Shown piece after piece: positions 48,535 to 57,383 of a stretch of DNA of 64,000 nt. The notes below the pieces were generated by a model, which made no database searches, was not told the origin of the DNA, and was given only the letters and a program-made list of their open reading frames with translations. Source of the DNA: Acidobacteriota bacterium (lineage in GTDB: Bacteria; Acidobacteriota; UBA6911; RPQK01; JAJDTT01); NCBI GenBank assembly GCA_965209055.1, contig OZ242374.1, forward strand, positions 2,272,001 through 2,336,000, in the 5' to 3' direction. The translations under genes and the position numbers were made by a program. Positions within the stretch are counted from its first letter, which is position 1. Each line of letters starts with the position of its first letter.

Positions 48535-48615
48535 TTGAGCTAGGCCCCGGATTCGGAAGGCGAATAACGAGCCGCCCGCGATTGTCGCGGCTCCGGACGT
48601 TCGGGACGCCCCTCG

Positions 48616-49185
48616 TCAGCCGGAATCCGAGTCGGGAGTCTCGACTTCGGCTGCCTTCATCTCGTCGACCAGGAACTCCAGCTCGGCCACCAACCGGTTG
48701 GACTCGTCATCCTGCTGTTTCAGCCGCTCGACCGGATCGTCTTCCTCCGGAACGATGGAAACCAGGAGTTGGGCCGTGACCTCGGCGTGGCAGCGGATGT
48801 CCAACCGGTAGTTGCCGATGCTCTTGATGGGGTGCTCCAGCAGGATCTTGCGGCGATCCACTTCGATCCCGTTGGCCGAGAGCAGGTCGGAGACATCTCT
48901 CGATGTCACCGAGCCGAACAGCACTCCCGTGTCTCCCGCCCGCCGGCTCAACACCGCATGGTGGCGCGAGAATTCTTCGGCCAGGAGTTCGGCTTCCGCC
49001 TTGTGCCTGGCCTGCCTTCGGGCCTGGGCCAGCCTCTGCGACTCCACCAGCTTCCGGTTGGCCGGAGTCGAAAGCAGCGCCAGCCCCTTGGGCAGCAAAT
49101 AGTTTCGTCCGTAGCCCTTGGCCACGCGGACCACATCGCCGCGCCGCCCGAGATGCTCGACGTCCCCCACCAGAATCAGTTCCAT
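48616..49185 (-). CDS. rplI: 50S ribosomal protein L9 (acidic C-terminal extension)
   Basis: GDVVRVAKGYGRNYLLPKGLA, LFGSVT. Confidence 0.97.
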   Translation of the reverse strand: MELILVGDVEHLGRRGDVVRVAKGYGRNYLLPKGLALLSTPANRKLVESQRLAQARRQARHKAEAELLAEEFSRHHAVLSRRAGDTGVLFGSVTSRDVSDLLSANGIEVDRRKILLEHPIKSIGNYRLDIRCHAEVTAQLLVSIVPEEDDPVERLKQQDDESNRLVAELEFLVDEMKAAEVETPDSDSG

Positions 49186-49221
49186 GGTCGTGCCCCTCAG
49201 TGGAATAACAGTGGGCGGAGA

Positions 49222-49434
49222 TCAATCCGAGACGTAGGGAAGGAGGGCCAGGTGGCGAGCCCGCTTCAAGGCCCGCTTCAACTTCCGCTGACACGGCGCA
49301 CAGACGCCACTGAGCCGGCGGGGCGAAATCTTGGCCCGTTCCGGCACGTACTGATTCAGCATCCGCACATCCTTGTAATCGATGTATTCCATCTTGTCGG
49401 CGCAGAACTTGCAATACCTGCGTCTTCTAGGCAT
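49222..49434 (-). CDS. rpsR: 30S ribosomal protein S18 (zinc-binding C+ form)
   Basis: [27 protein letters not shown]. Confidence 0.97.
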   Translation of the reverse strand: MPRRRRYCKFCADKMEYIDYKDVRMLNQYVPERAKISPRRLSGVCAPCQRKLKRALKRARHLALLPYVSD

Positions 49435-49825
49435 GGCTCGCTTCCCGGGACGCGGACCCTTGGGCCGGCGCGGGTGCCTCCGGCTCGGTCTTGCGTCGTT
49501 CCTTTCTCTTTTTTCTGCCTTCGGCGCGCTTACGCTCCAAGTCGACGCGAATGGCGAGGAAACGGATGATGGAGTCGCTGACCCTGACCCGGCGTTCCAG
49601 TTCCCGCAACGCGACGTTGGAGTCCGCCAGGACGGTGAAAATGACGTATTGGCCGTCGGTATGTTTCTTGACCGGAAAGGCCAAGCGCCGCCGGCCCCAC
49701 CGGTCCACGTTGGCCACCTCCGCCCCACGTTCCTCGGCGGCCTGCCGTAGGCTGTCGATGATGGCCTGGGTCTGCTCCTCGTCCAGCGTTGGAGCCAGAA
49801 TGAAAACCGCCTCGTATTCCCTCAT
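49427..49825 (-). CDS. rpsF: 30S ribosomal protein S6
   Basis: [25 protein letters not shown]; SD GGAGG; upstream TGCTAAACT. Confidence 0.96.
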   Translation of the reverse strand: MREYEAVFILAPTLDEEQTQAIIDSLRQAAEERGAEVANVDRWGRRRLAFPVKKHTDGQYVIFTVLADSNVALRELERRVRVSDSIIRFLAIRVDLERKRAEGRKKRKERRKTEPEAPAPAQGSASREASHA

Positions 49826-49929
49826 TCGATTGCTCGATCCTCCGTGGCCGGAACCACTGTTTTGCAAGTTGCTCAGTTTAGCACAGCGCCCGTCTCTGCT
49901 GACAGGTTGGGCCAGGTTCACTGGGGCCG

Positions 49930-51969
49930 TTAGACCAACAACGGCGCGATCACCAGCGCGACGATGGACATGAGCTTCACCAGGATGTTCATGGACGGAC
50001 CGCTCGTGTCCTTGAACGGGTCTCCCACGGTGTCGCCCACCACCGCCGCCTTGTGGGCTTCCGAGCCTTTACCTCCCAGAATGCCCTCCTCGATCATCTT
50101 CTTGGCGTTGTCCCAGGCCCCTCCCGCGTTGGCCATGAAGAGCGCCAGCAGCACGCCCACCAGCATCGACCCGGCCAGCATTCCCCCCAGAGAATGCGGT
50201 CCCAGCACGAAACCGACGATGACCGGGGCCGCCACGGCGGTGATGCCCGGAGCCACCATCTCCTTCAGAGCGGCCCGGGTGGAGATGTCGATGCACCGGG
50301 TCGTGTCCGGCTCGGCCTCGCCCTCCATGAGTCCCGGAATCTCCCGGAACTGGCGCCGCACCTCCTCCACCATCCTGAAGGCCGCGCGTCCCACCGAAGA
50401 CATGGTGAGGTTCCCGATGAAGAAGGGGAGGGTTCCCCCGATGAAGAAGCCGACCACCACCCGGGGATCGATGAGATCCAATTGAAGCTGTTTCCCGGGC
50501 AGACTCTGGGCCACAGTCTGGGAATAGGCCGAAAACAGCGCCAGAGCGGTGAGCGCCGCCGAGCCGATGGCGAACCCCTTGCCGATGGCGGCAGTCGTGT
50601 TGCCCAGGGAATCCAGGCTGTCGGTGATCTTCCGGACGTCGGGACCCAGGCCGCTCATCTCGGAGATCCCGCCGGCGTTGTCCGCTATGGGGCCGTAGGC
50701 GTCGACCGACATGGTCACTCCCACCGTCGCCAGCATGCCCACCGCGGCGATCCCGATTCCGTAGAGGCCGGCGAAGTTGTAGGCGACCATGATGGTCCCG
50801 GCGATGGTCAGTATGGGGAGGGCCGTCGACTCCATCCCCACGGCCAGACCCGAGATGATGTTGGTGGCGACGCCCGTCTTGCACGATTCGGCGATGCGGC
50901 GGACCGGATTGCCCGAGGTGTACCACTCGGTAAGCAACCCGATGAGGACTCCCGCGACGGCCCCCAGCAGGACCGCGTAAAAGACGCCCGCTTCCAGATC
51001 CAGGGCGCGTACCGCGAACCAGGTCCCCGCCAGGAGGAGCAGGGCGCTCACATACGTGGCATTGCGCAGAACCGCAGCCGGGCTGAGATTGCGGAGCACT
51101 CGAATGGAAACCACACCGATGAGGGAGGCGATCAGGCCGATGGCGATGACCACCAGGGGAAACAGCATGTAGCGGCTCTTGTCGGCGTCCCCGATGATGA
51201 GTATCTGAGTGGTCCCCGCCGCGGCGATGGCGATCGTGGCGATCACCGAGCCGACGTAACTCTCGAAAATATCCGCGCCCATGCCTGCCGTGTCTCCGAC
51301 GCAATCGCCCACATTGTCGGCGATGGTGGCCGGGTTTCTCGGGTCGTCCTCGGGAATTCCCGCTTCCACCTTGCCCACCAGATCGGCTCCCACGTCCGCC
51401 GTCTTCGTATAAATTCCGCCGCCCACTCTGGCGAAAAGGGCGATGGAACTGGCGCCCATGGCAAAACCGTTGATGTCGCGCTCGGAAATGAAGCCGTTGC
51501 TGTAGAGCAGGTAGGCGATGCAGATTCCCAACATGCCGAGGCTGGCGACCGAAAGACCCATCACGGCCCCTCCGGAAAAGGCCACGTTCAGGGCGTCGCC
51601 GATCCCGGAAGTGGAGGCGGCCTGGGTGGTGCGGACGTTGGCGCGGGTCGCCGCCTTCATACCGAAGAAACCGGCGATCATGGAGAGGAACGCTCCGGCC
51701 AGAAAGGCCATTCCGGTACCCGCCGAAAGACTCCACCAGAGCAGAAGGAAGACCACCACGACAAAGACGGCCAGAATCCCGTACTCGCGGCGCAGAAACA
51801 CCATGGCGCCGTCATGGATGGCGTCGGAGATGCGCGCCATCGTCTTGTTCTGGATGTCTATCTTGTTGATGAACCGGTATATCAGGCCGGCTGCAAGGAG
51901 TCCGGCCAAGGCCACCGCACCCACCGCGGGGACCAGTTCTCCAGCAGAAAGAAAGTTCGCATAGACCAT
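49930..51969 (-). CDS. hppA: Membrane-bound K+-dependent (probably Na+-translocating) pyrophosphatase
   Basis: [33 protein letters not shown] (Ala = K+-dependent), [11 protein letters not shown]. Confidence 0.95.
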   Translation of the reverse strand: MVYANFLSAGELVPAVGAVALAGLLAAGLIYRFINKIDIQNKTMARISDAIHDGAMVFLRREYGILAVFVVVVFLLLWWSLSAGTGMAFLAGAFLSMIAGFFGMKAATRANVRTTQAASTSGIGDALNVAFSGGAVMGLSVASLGMLGICIAYLLYSNGFISERDINGFAMGASSIALFARVGGGIYTKTADVGADLVGKVEAGIPEDDPRNPATIADNVGDCVGDTAGMGADIFESYVGSVIATIAIAAAGTTQILIIGDADKSRYMLFPLVVIAIGLIASLIGVVSIRVLRNLSPAAVLRNATYVSALLLLAGTWFAVRALDLEAGVFYAVLLGAVAGVLIGLLTEWYTSGNPVRRIAESCKTGVATNIISGLAVGMESTALPILTIAGTIMVAYNFAGLYGIGIAAVGMLATVGVTMSVDAYGPIADNAGGISEMSGLGPDVRKITDSLDSLGNTTAAIGKGFAIGSAALTALALFSAYSQTVAQSLPGKQLQLDLIDPRVVVGFFIGGTLPFFIGNLTMSSVGRAAFRMVEEVRRQFREIPGLMEGEAEPDTTRCIDISTRAALKEMVAPGITAVAAPVIVGFVLGPHSLGGMLAGSMLVGVLLALFMANAGGAWDNAKKMIEEGILGGKGSEAHKAAVVGDTVGDPFKDTSGPSMNILVKLMSIVALVIAPLLV

Positions 51970-51983
51970 CGAAAACCCGCCTT

Positions 51984-52574
51984 TCAGTTCAGTGGCCGGA
52001 GGTTTTCGTGCCTCCAACCATTGACCAGGTCCATGGCCCGCAAATGGCCATGGGTCAGTATCGTGTCGACCGCCAGGACCGCACGGTCCAGCACGGCGTC
52101 CAGTATCAATCGCTCACCCGCCGTGAAGGGGGAGAGCAGATAATCGGTCAGATCCCCTTCCGCCGCGTCACCGCCCACTCCGATTCGCAGCCGGGGAATC
52201 TGTTTCGTTCCTACCATCCGAATGATCGATTCCATGCCCTTCTGTCCGCCCGAGCTGCCGGAACGCCGGACCCGCAACCGTCCCAAGGGCAACTGTGCCT
52301 CGTCGTAGACGACAAGGAGCTCCTCCGGATCGGCGCCATAGTGAACAAGCAGCGAGCGAACCGCGATGCCGCTGAGGTTCATGTAGGTTTGCGGCTTGGC
52401 CAGAATCAGCGATCCGCTCTCGCGCTCGACCCGGCAGACGCGCGAACGGCCGGCGGCGGAACCGAACCGGGCGGCGCTCAAAGCGGCCAGGCGGTCGACC
52501 AGCATGAACCCCGAGTTGTGTCGGGTCGCTCGGTACCGGCGGCCCGGGTTGCCCAACCCAACGACCAGAAGCAC
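51984..52574 (-). CDS. pth: Peptidyl-tRNA hydrolase
   Basis: [28 protein letters not shown]. Confidence 0.95.
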   Translation of the reverse strand: MLLVVGLGNPGRRYRATRHNSGFMLVDRLAALSAARFGSAAGRSRVCRVERESGSLILAKPQTYMNLSGIAVRSLLVHYGADPEELLVVYDEAQLPLGRLRVRRSGSSGGQKGMESIIRMVGTKQIPRLRIGVGGDAAEGDLTDYLLSPFTAGERLILDAVLDRAVLAVDTILTHGHLRAMDLVNGWRHENLRPLN

Positions 52575-52579
52575 CAGCG

Positions 52580-53236
52580 CTACTCTCCGGGTTGGATTCC
52601 TTCCGGCTGACCTCCTCCCGCGACCTCCGGTTCAGCGGTTTCCTCGTCGAGCATGAGATCAGCCTCGTCTGTCTCGACCAGGGGCGCTGCTATCGTCAGG
52701 ATGGTCAGGTCCGGATCGGAGAGAACCTCCACCTTTTCCTGATCCACATCCAGTTGTTCCACCCGCACCGAGTCTCCAATTTCCAGGTCGGTCACATTGA
52801 CTCGAATGTGATCGGGCAGGTCCCCGGGGAGGCACTCCAAATGGATCTCTCGCACTACCAGGTCCAGAATTCCCCCGTGCATCTTGACACCGGCGGCCGT
52901 CCCCACGATCTCCACCGGTACGTCGAAGACCATGGTCCGGTCCATGGAGATGGCTATGAAGTCGGCATGGAGAAGTTCCTCTCCTACCGGGTCACGCTGG
53001 AGCTCGCGGATCAGGACGTCTTTCTCCTGGTCCTGGTACTTCAACGTGAAAATCGTGTTGTGGCCCGTATCGGAGTGCAGGATCCGGTCCAGGTCTTTGG
53101 GATCGACGGAGACGGCGACCGGCAACACATTGCGGCCGTAGACGATTCCAGGCACCCGTCCTGCGGCGCGCAGCCTCCGGTTGGCGTTCTTTCCGAATTC
53201 CCGACGTATCTGCGACTCCACCGTCAATCGAGGCAT
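52580..53236 (-). CDS. rplY: 50S ribosomal protein L25 / general stress protein Ctc
   Basis: RRLRAAGRVPGIVYG, LHADF, long Ctc form; SD GGAGG. Confidence 0.95.
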   Translation of the reverse strand: MPRLTVESQIRREFGKNANRRLRAAGRVPGIVYGRNVLPVAVSVDPKDLDRILHSDTGHNTIFTLKYQDQEKDVLIRELQRDPVGEELLHADFIAISMDRTMVFDVPVEIVGTAAGVKMHGGILDLVVREIHLECLPGDLPDHIRVNVTDLEIGDSVRVEQLDVDQEKVEVLSDPDLTILTIAAPLVETDEADLMLDEETAEPEVAGGGQPEGIQPGE

Positions 53237-53317
53237 TTCCTCCAACTCCTCTTTCCTGTGTTCGAGCTGCCCTGAGAAAACGGACCAACCCGCGCAACTC
53301 GGTTTCCGCATTCAGGA

Positions 53318-54259
53318 TCAGTTGACAAAGAGCCGGCTCACCGAGGTTTCCTCGTGGATCGACCGGATCGCCTCGCCCAACAGGCCGGCGACGCTCAAGG
53401 TCTGTATCTTGGGAATCCGCTTTTCCGGACTGATCCAAACCGTATTGGTGACGACAATTCCTTCGAAGTGAGACTCGCGAAGGCGCTTCACGGCCGGCCC
53501 CGAAAGGACGGCGTGGGTGGCGGCGGCGAAGAGTCTCCGTGCTCCCTGCTTTCTCAGGGCGTCCGTGGCCTGCACCAGGGTCCCCGCCGTGTCGACCATG
53601 TCGTCGATGATGACCACGTCCCGGCCGTCGACGTCGCCCACGATGCGCATGACCTCAGCCGTGTTCACACCGACGCGGCGCTTGTCGATGACGGCCAGAT
53701 TGGCGCCCATCCTGCGGGCGTAGAAGCGAGCCCGCTCCACGCCTCCGGCATCGGGCGACACGACCGTGGGCCGGATCAACGACATCTTGTTCTTCAGATG
53801 GGAGAGGATGACCGGGGTGGCGAAGAGGTGGTCCACCGGTAGGTTGAAAAAACCCTGGATCTGTCCCACGTGCAGGTCCATGGAAAGGAGCCGGTGGGTC
53901 CCGGCCGCCGTCAGGAGATCCGCCACCAGCTTGGCCGAGATGGGCACTCGCGGTTTGTCCTTCCGGTCCTGGCGGGCGTAGCCGTAATAGGGAACAACGG
54001 CCGTGACTCGCCGTGCCGAGGAACGCCGAAAGGCATCCAGCATGATCAGGAGTTCCATCAGGTTCTCACCCACCGGCGGGCAGGTGGGCTGAACCACGAA
54101 GACGTCCTTTCCTCTGACGTTCTCGAGAATCTGGAAATTGACCTCGCCGTCGCTGAATCGGGTCAGGTTCGCCCGGCCCAGAGGTTCTCCCAGATGTTGG
54201 CAGATCTCTTCCGTGAGAGGGGCGTTGGCGCTGCCTGTAAAGATCTTCAGACTGGACAT
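53318..54259 (-). CDS. prs: Ribose-phosphate pyrophosphokinase
   Basis: FSDGE, YARQDRK, DLHVGQIQGFF, DDMVDTAGT. Confidence 0.97.
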   Translation of the reverse strand: MSSLKIFTGSANAPLTEEICQHLGEPLGRANLTRFSDGEVNFQILENVRGKDVFVVQPTCPPVGENLMELLIMLDAFRRSSARRVTAVVPYYGYARQDRKDKPRVPISAKLVADLLTAAGTHRLLSMDLHVGQIQGFFNLPVDHLFATPVILSHLKNKMSLIRPTVVSPDAGGVERARFYARRMGANLAVIDKRRVGVNTAEVMRIVGDVDGRDVVIIDDMVDTAGTLVQATDALRKQGARRLFAAATHAVLSGPAVKRLRESHFEGIVVTNTVWISPEKRIPKIQTLSVAGLLGEAIRSIHEETSVSRLFVN

Positions 54260-54315
54260 GGAATCAACCCTGTGCCGACGTGCTTGCGGATCCCGTACGA
54301 TCGGATCCGAAGTGG

Positions 54316-55242
54316 TCAGACCGGAACTTCGAGCCCCGATTCTCTCAGTATTTTCCTATAGCGTCTTCTGGAAAGAGTGGAGCAGAACAACAGTTCTCCG
54401 CCCCCCTGGCAGGCGGATGGGTCATTCCCCCGCGGGGGCCGCTTCCGGCACCCCAAGCCCATGAGCGTCGAGCCGCTCCCACAAACCATGACTCTCTCGC
54501 AACCCAAGGCGATGAGGGCTTTTCTCGCCTCCTCGAGAAAGCCGTAGCGCTGGAACAGCAGCGTTTCGAAGTCGTTCTCCAGATGGGCCCAATTCAGGCC
54601 GTCTCTGAAGCGTGAGAAGCGATGGATTGTATTCTGCGTCCAGGACCTTGTCAACCTTTCGGCCCCCGCCCAGACACCCCAATTCCGCATGGAATACACC
54701 GACTTCGTGGAGAGGCCGCGGCCCGGATAAAGGAGCATCATGTCCACCGGGCGCCCTAGATCAGGCAAGGGTGTGATGAGTTCTCCCCGGCCTTCTCCCA
54801 ACGCGGACCCTCCGCGAAGGAAGAACGCGACATCGGAGCCCAACTCTGACGCCAATACGGTCAGGCCGGAGAGGCTCAATCCGCAGTCCCACAACTGGTT
54901 CAATGCCAGCAGGGTCGCCGCCGCATTTCCCGATCCGCCGCCGAGTCCGGCCCCCAGGGGTATTCTCTTGGTCAGGGTCATTTCCGCTCCGGCGGACACG
55001 CCCGCCCTCCGCTTCAGCAGCCGGGCGGCGCGGCAGACCAGGTTCTCCGGCCCCGCCGGCGCGGCGCGGCCATGAACCCGAATTCGAATCTCCGGATCCG
55101 TGGTGACCCGCAGCATCAACTCGTCCCTCAGGTCCAGCATCTGAAATACGGTTCGCAACTCGTGAAAGCCGTCCTCCCGAAGACCCAGAATCTTCAGGAT
55201 CCAGTTGGTCTTGGCAAAGGAGGGGAGAGCGAGTGAGGACAA
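54316..55242 (-). CDS. ispE: 4-(cytidine 5'-diphospho)-2-C-methyl-D-erythritol kinase
   Basis: AKTNW.L, DGFHEL, KRIPLGAGLGGGSGNAA, LGSDV, GSGS. Confidence 0.95.
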   Translation of the reverse strand: MSSLALPSFAKTNWILKILGLREDGFHELRTVFQMLDLRDELMLRVTTDPEIRIRVHGRAAPAGPENLVCRAARLLKRRAGVSAGAEMTLTKRIPLGAGLGGGSGNAAATLLALNQLWDCGLSLSGLTVLASELGSDVAFFLRGGSALGEGRGELITPLPDLGRPVDMMLLYPGRGLSTKSVYSMRNWGVWAGAERLTRSWTQNTIHRFSRFRDGLNWAHLENDFETLLFQRYGFLEEARKALIALGCERVMVCGSGSTLMGLGCRKRPPRGNDPSACQGGGELLFCSTLSRRRYRKILRESGLEVPV

Positions 55243-55304
55243 TGCGCCGAGTCAGACCGGAAAATGAGCGCGCGGGGTGGAGTTCCCGCGACGGTTGAAA
55301 GAGA

Positions 55305-57227
55305 TCACGGGGCTTGCGACGAGAGGCGCTGCTTCACGTCGGCCACCTTCCGTTGAAGTCGATGGAATTCCTCGTCGGTGGCCACGCGCACACCGCGCTC
55401 GTAATACTGAAGTGCGGTTTCGAGCTGACCGAGCTCGATGTAGAGGTCTCCCAGGTGGTCGAGAATCGTCGGGTCCTCCGTCAGTTGGGCCGCCCGTTTC
55501 AGATTGACCTCGGCCTCATCGAGGCGATGCAGCTTGAAGTAGACCCATCCCAGACTGTCCAGATAGGCTCCGTTGTACGGATCCATTTCCGTCGCTTTCC
55601 TGATGTAGGTCAACGCCTCCTGGAGACGGATTCCCCGGTCCGCCCACATGTAACCCAAGTAGTTGAGAACCCCGGCATGGTCCGGATTCGACTTGAGAAT
55701 CCTCATGAATTCGGCTTCGGCGTCGGGAAGTTTCTCCTGCCTTTCGTAGACGGACGCCAGTCGAAACGAGAGCGGTTCACTGTCCGGCTTGAGACCGAGA
55801 CCTTTCTTGATGGCGTTTTCGGCTTTCCGGTAGTTCTTGTGATCCATGTAGAGTTGGCTGATGATGCGGTAGTACGTCTCGGGATCCTTCTCAGGGCTCA
55901 GCCTGGACTGCACGAGCTCGACTCCCTCCGACAGCCGGTCGTTTGCCGAGAGCATCTGGGCTCGCGTCGCGAGGGCGTCCGGATCGCGCGGATGGTCGTG
56001 GAGCAACTCCCCGGCCAGGGAAAGCGCCTCATCCAGCTTTCCCGCATCTTTCAGGGCGTAAATGAGCATGGCCTTGAATCGGGGTTCGCCGGGCCGGCCC
56101 TTCAGCAACTCCCGAAACAGCCGGATGGCCTCCGTGTATTGGCGTGATTCCTGGTGGACGTGGCCCAGCGTGATCTGGACCTGTTCTCGAAACTCCCACT
56201 CTCCCCGTGACCTCGGGCTGTCCAGAGCGGAAAGAAGACGCTGCAAACGCCCGGTGGCGCTCTCCCGTTTCCCCTGTATGGCCTCGAGTCGAGACAATTC
56301 CAGGGTCGCTTCCATCTGCTTCGGATTGTTTTCCAGGACTCGGCCGAACACCTCCGTGGCCTCTTCAAACTCGCGGACCCGCATGAGAGCCCGGCCCAAT
56401 TCAACCGCCAATGCCGGATCCTGCACGTTCCGGGACGATCCCTTCCTCAGCAGTTCGACAGCTTGTTCGTGGCGCCCCTGTTGCGCCAGGAGCCTTCCGG
56501 TCTTGGTCAGGAGATCGGGGTCCGCCAGGAGTTGAGGGGCCGACAGATAGATTTCCACGGCCCGGTCCGGCCGGCCGGTCTGTACGTACAAGCGTCCCAG
56601 GTCGCCAATGACTTCGAAATGACCCTTATGGATGCTCAGCGCTTTTTCCAACGCCCGGATGGCCCCGGCCAGGTCACCCAGCTCCTCCAGGGCTTTGGCA
56701 TGTTGGTAGTGGGCCTCCACCAGACCCGGCCGCAACTCGACCAGACGCGCCAGGAAGGGCGCCGCCTTCCGGTGTTCCCCGCGCAGCCGATGGAGATTCC
56801 CCAACTGATAGAGGGCCTCGGCATGGTCGGGGTCCAGCTCGATGACTTTGTTCAGTTCCTCGATTGCCTTTTCCGAAAGCCCGCTTTGACCGCCGTGGTA
56901 GCTGGAATAGAGCTGGCCCAGGAAGTAATGGGCCGCGACGCTGTTCGGATCCTTCCGGATGGCCTGCTGGATCTCGCTGACGGCCTTCGTGACGTCGCCT
57001 GATCTGACCAGGATGTGGGCGTACTCGATCCGGAGCTGGATACTGTCCGGATCGAGTTCCAGCGCCTTCTCGAATTCGGTCTTGGAGAGGCCGAAGTCCT
57101 TGTTCCCCGAGTGGAGCGTGCCCAGGGCGAAATGATAGTAGGCTTGGGCCTGCCGGCTTGGGGGCGTCGGGACCGGCTCGACGGCCGCAACGGTTCCGAG
57201 AATGACTCCGAATACCAATCCGGTCAT
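55305..57227 (-). CDS. Secreted tetratricopeptide repeat protein
   Basis: Many TPRs; C-terminal LNYLGYMWAD...YLDSLGWVY typical of the TPR gene upstream of ispE; start uncertain. Confidence 0.88.
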   Translation of the reverse strand: MTGLVFGVILGTVAAVEPVPTPPSRQAQAYYHFALGTLHSGNKDFGLSKTEFEKALELDPDSIQLRIEYAHILVRSGDVTKAVSEIQQAIRKDPNSVAAHYFLGQLYSSYHGGQSGLSEKAIEELNKVIELDPDHAEALYQLGNLHRLRGEHRKAAPFLARLVELRPGLVEAHYQHAKALEELGDLAGAIRALEKALSIHKGHFEVIGDLGRLYVQTGRPDRAVEIYLSAPQLLADPDLLTKTGRLLAQQGRHEQAVELLRKGSSRNVQDPALAVELGRALMRVREFEEATEVFGRVLENNPKQMEATLELSRLEAIQGKRESATGRLQRLLSALDSPRSRGEWEFREQVQITLGHVHQESRQYTEAIRLFRELLKGRPGEPRFKAMLIYALKDAGKLDEALSLAGELLHDHPRDPDALATRAQMLSANDRLSEGVELVQSRLSPEKDPETYYRIISQLYMDHKNYRKAENAIKKGLGLKPDSEPLSFRLASVYERQEKLPDAEAEFMRILKSNPDHAGVLNYLGYMWADRGIRLQEALTYIRKATEMDPYNGAYLDSLGWVYFKLHRLDEAEVNLKRAAQLTEDPTILDHLGDLYIELGQLETALQYYERGVRVATDEEFHRLQRKVADVKQRLSSQAP

Positions 57228-57383
57228 AACGATTCGACGGCTATTGGCAAGAAAAATCAGGCTGATAGTACCCAACTCCGGGCGGGACGACAACCGTCCG
57301 GGAGAGAAGCGAGGAACGGGAAACGGGATGCGGGAACGACGGGTGGAGAGGATGGAACGATAAGCCCGGAAACTGTGTCGGCG

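Noticed and set aside
49826-49880. Possible S6:S18 autoregulatory leader (GTGG-TTCCGG-CCAC hairpin next to the SD)
   Set aside because: Only a 4-bp stem is visible; it cannot be supported without a covariance-model search
50053-52143. 696-aa plus-strand ORF
   Set aside because: Antisense shadow of hppA
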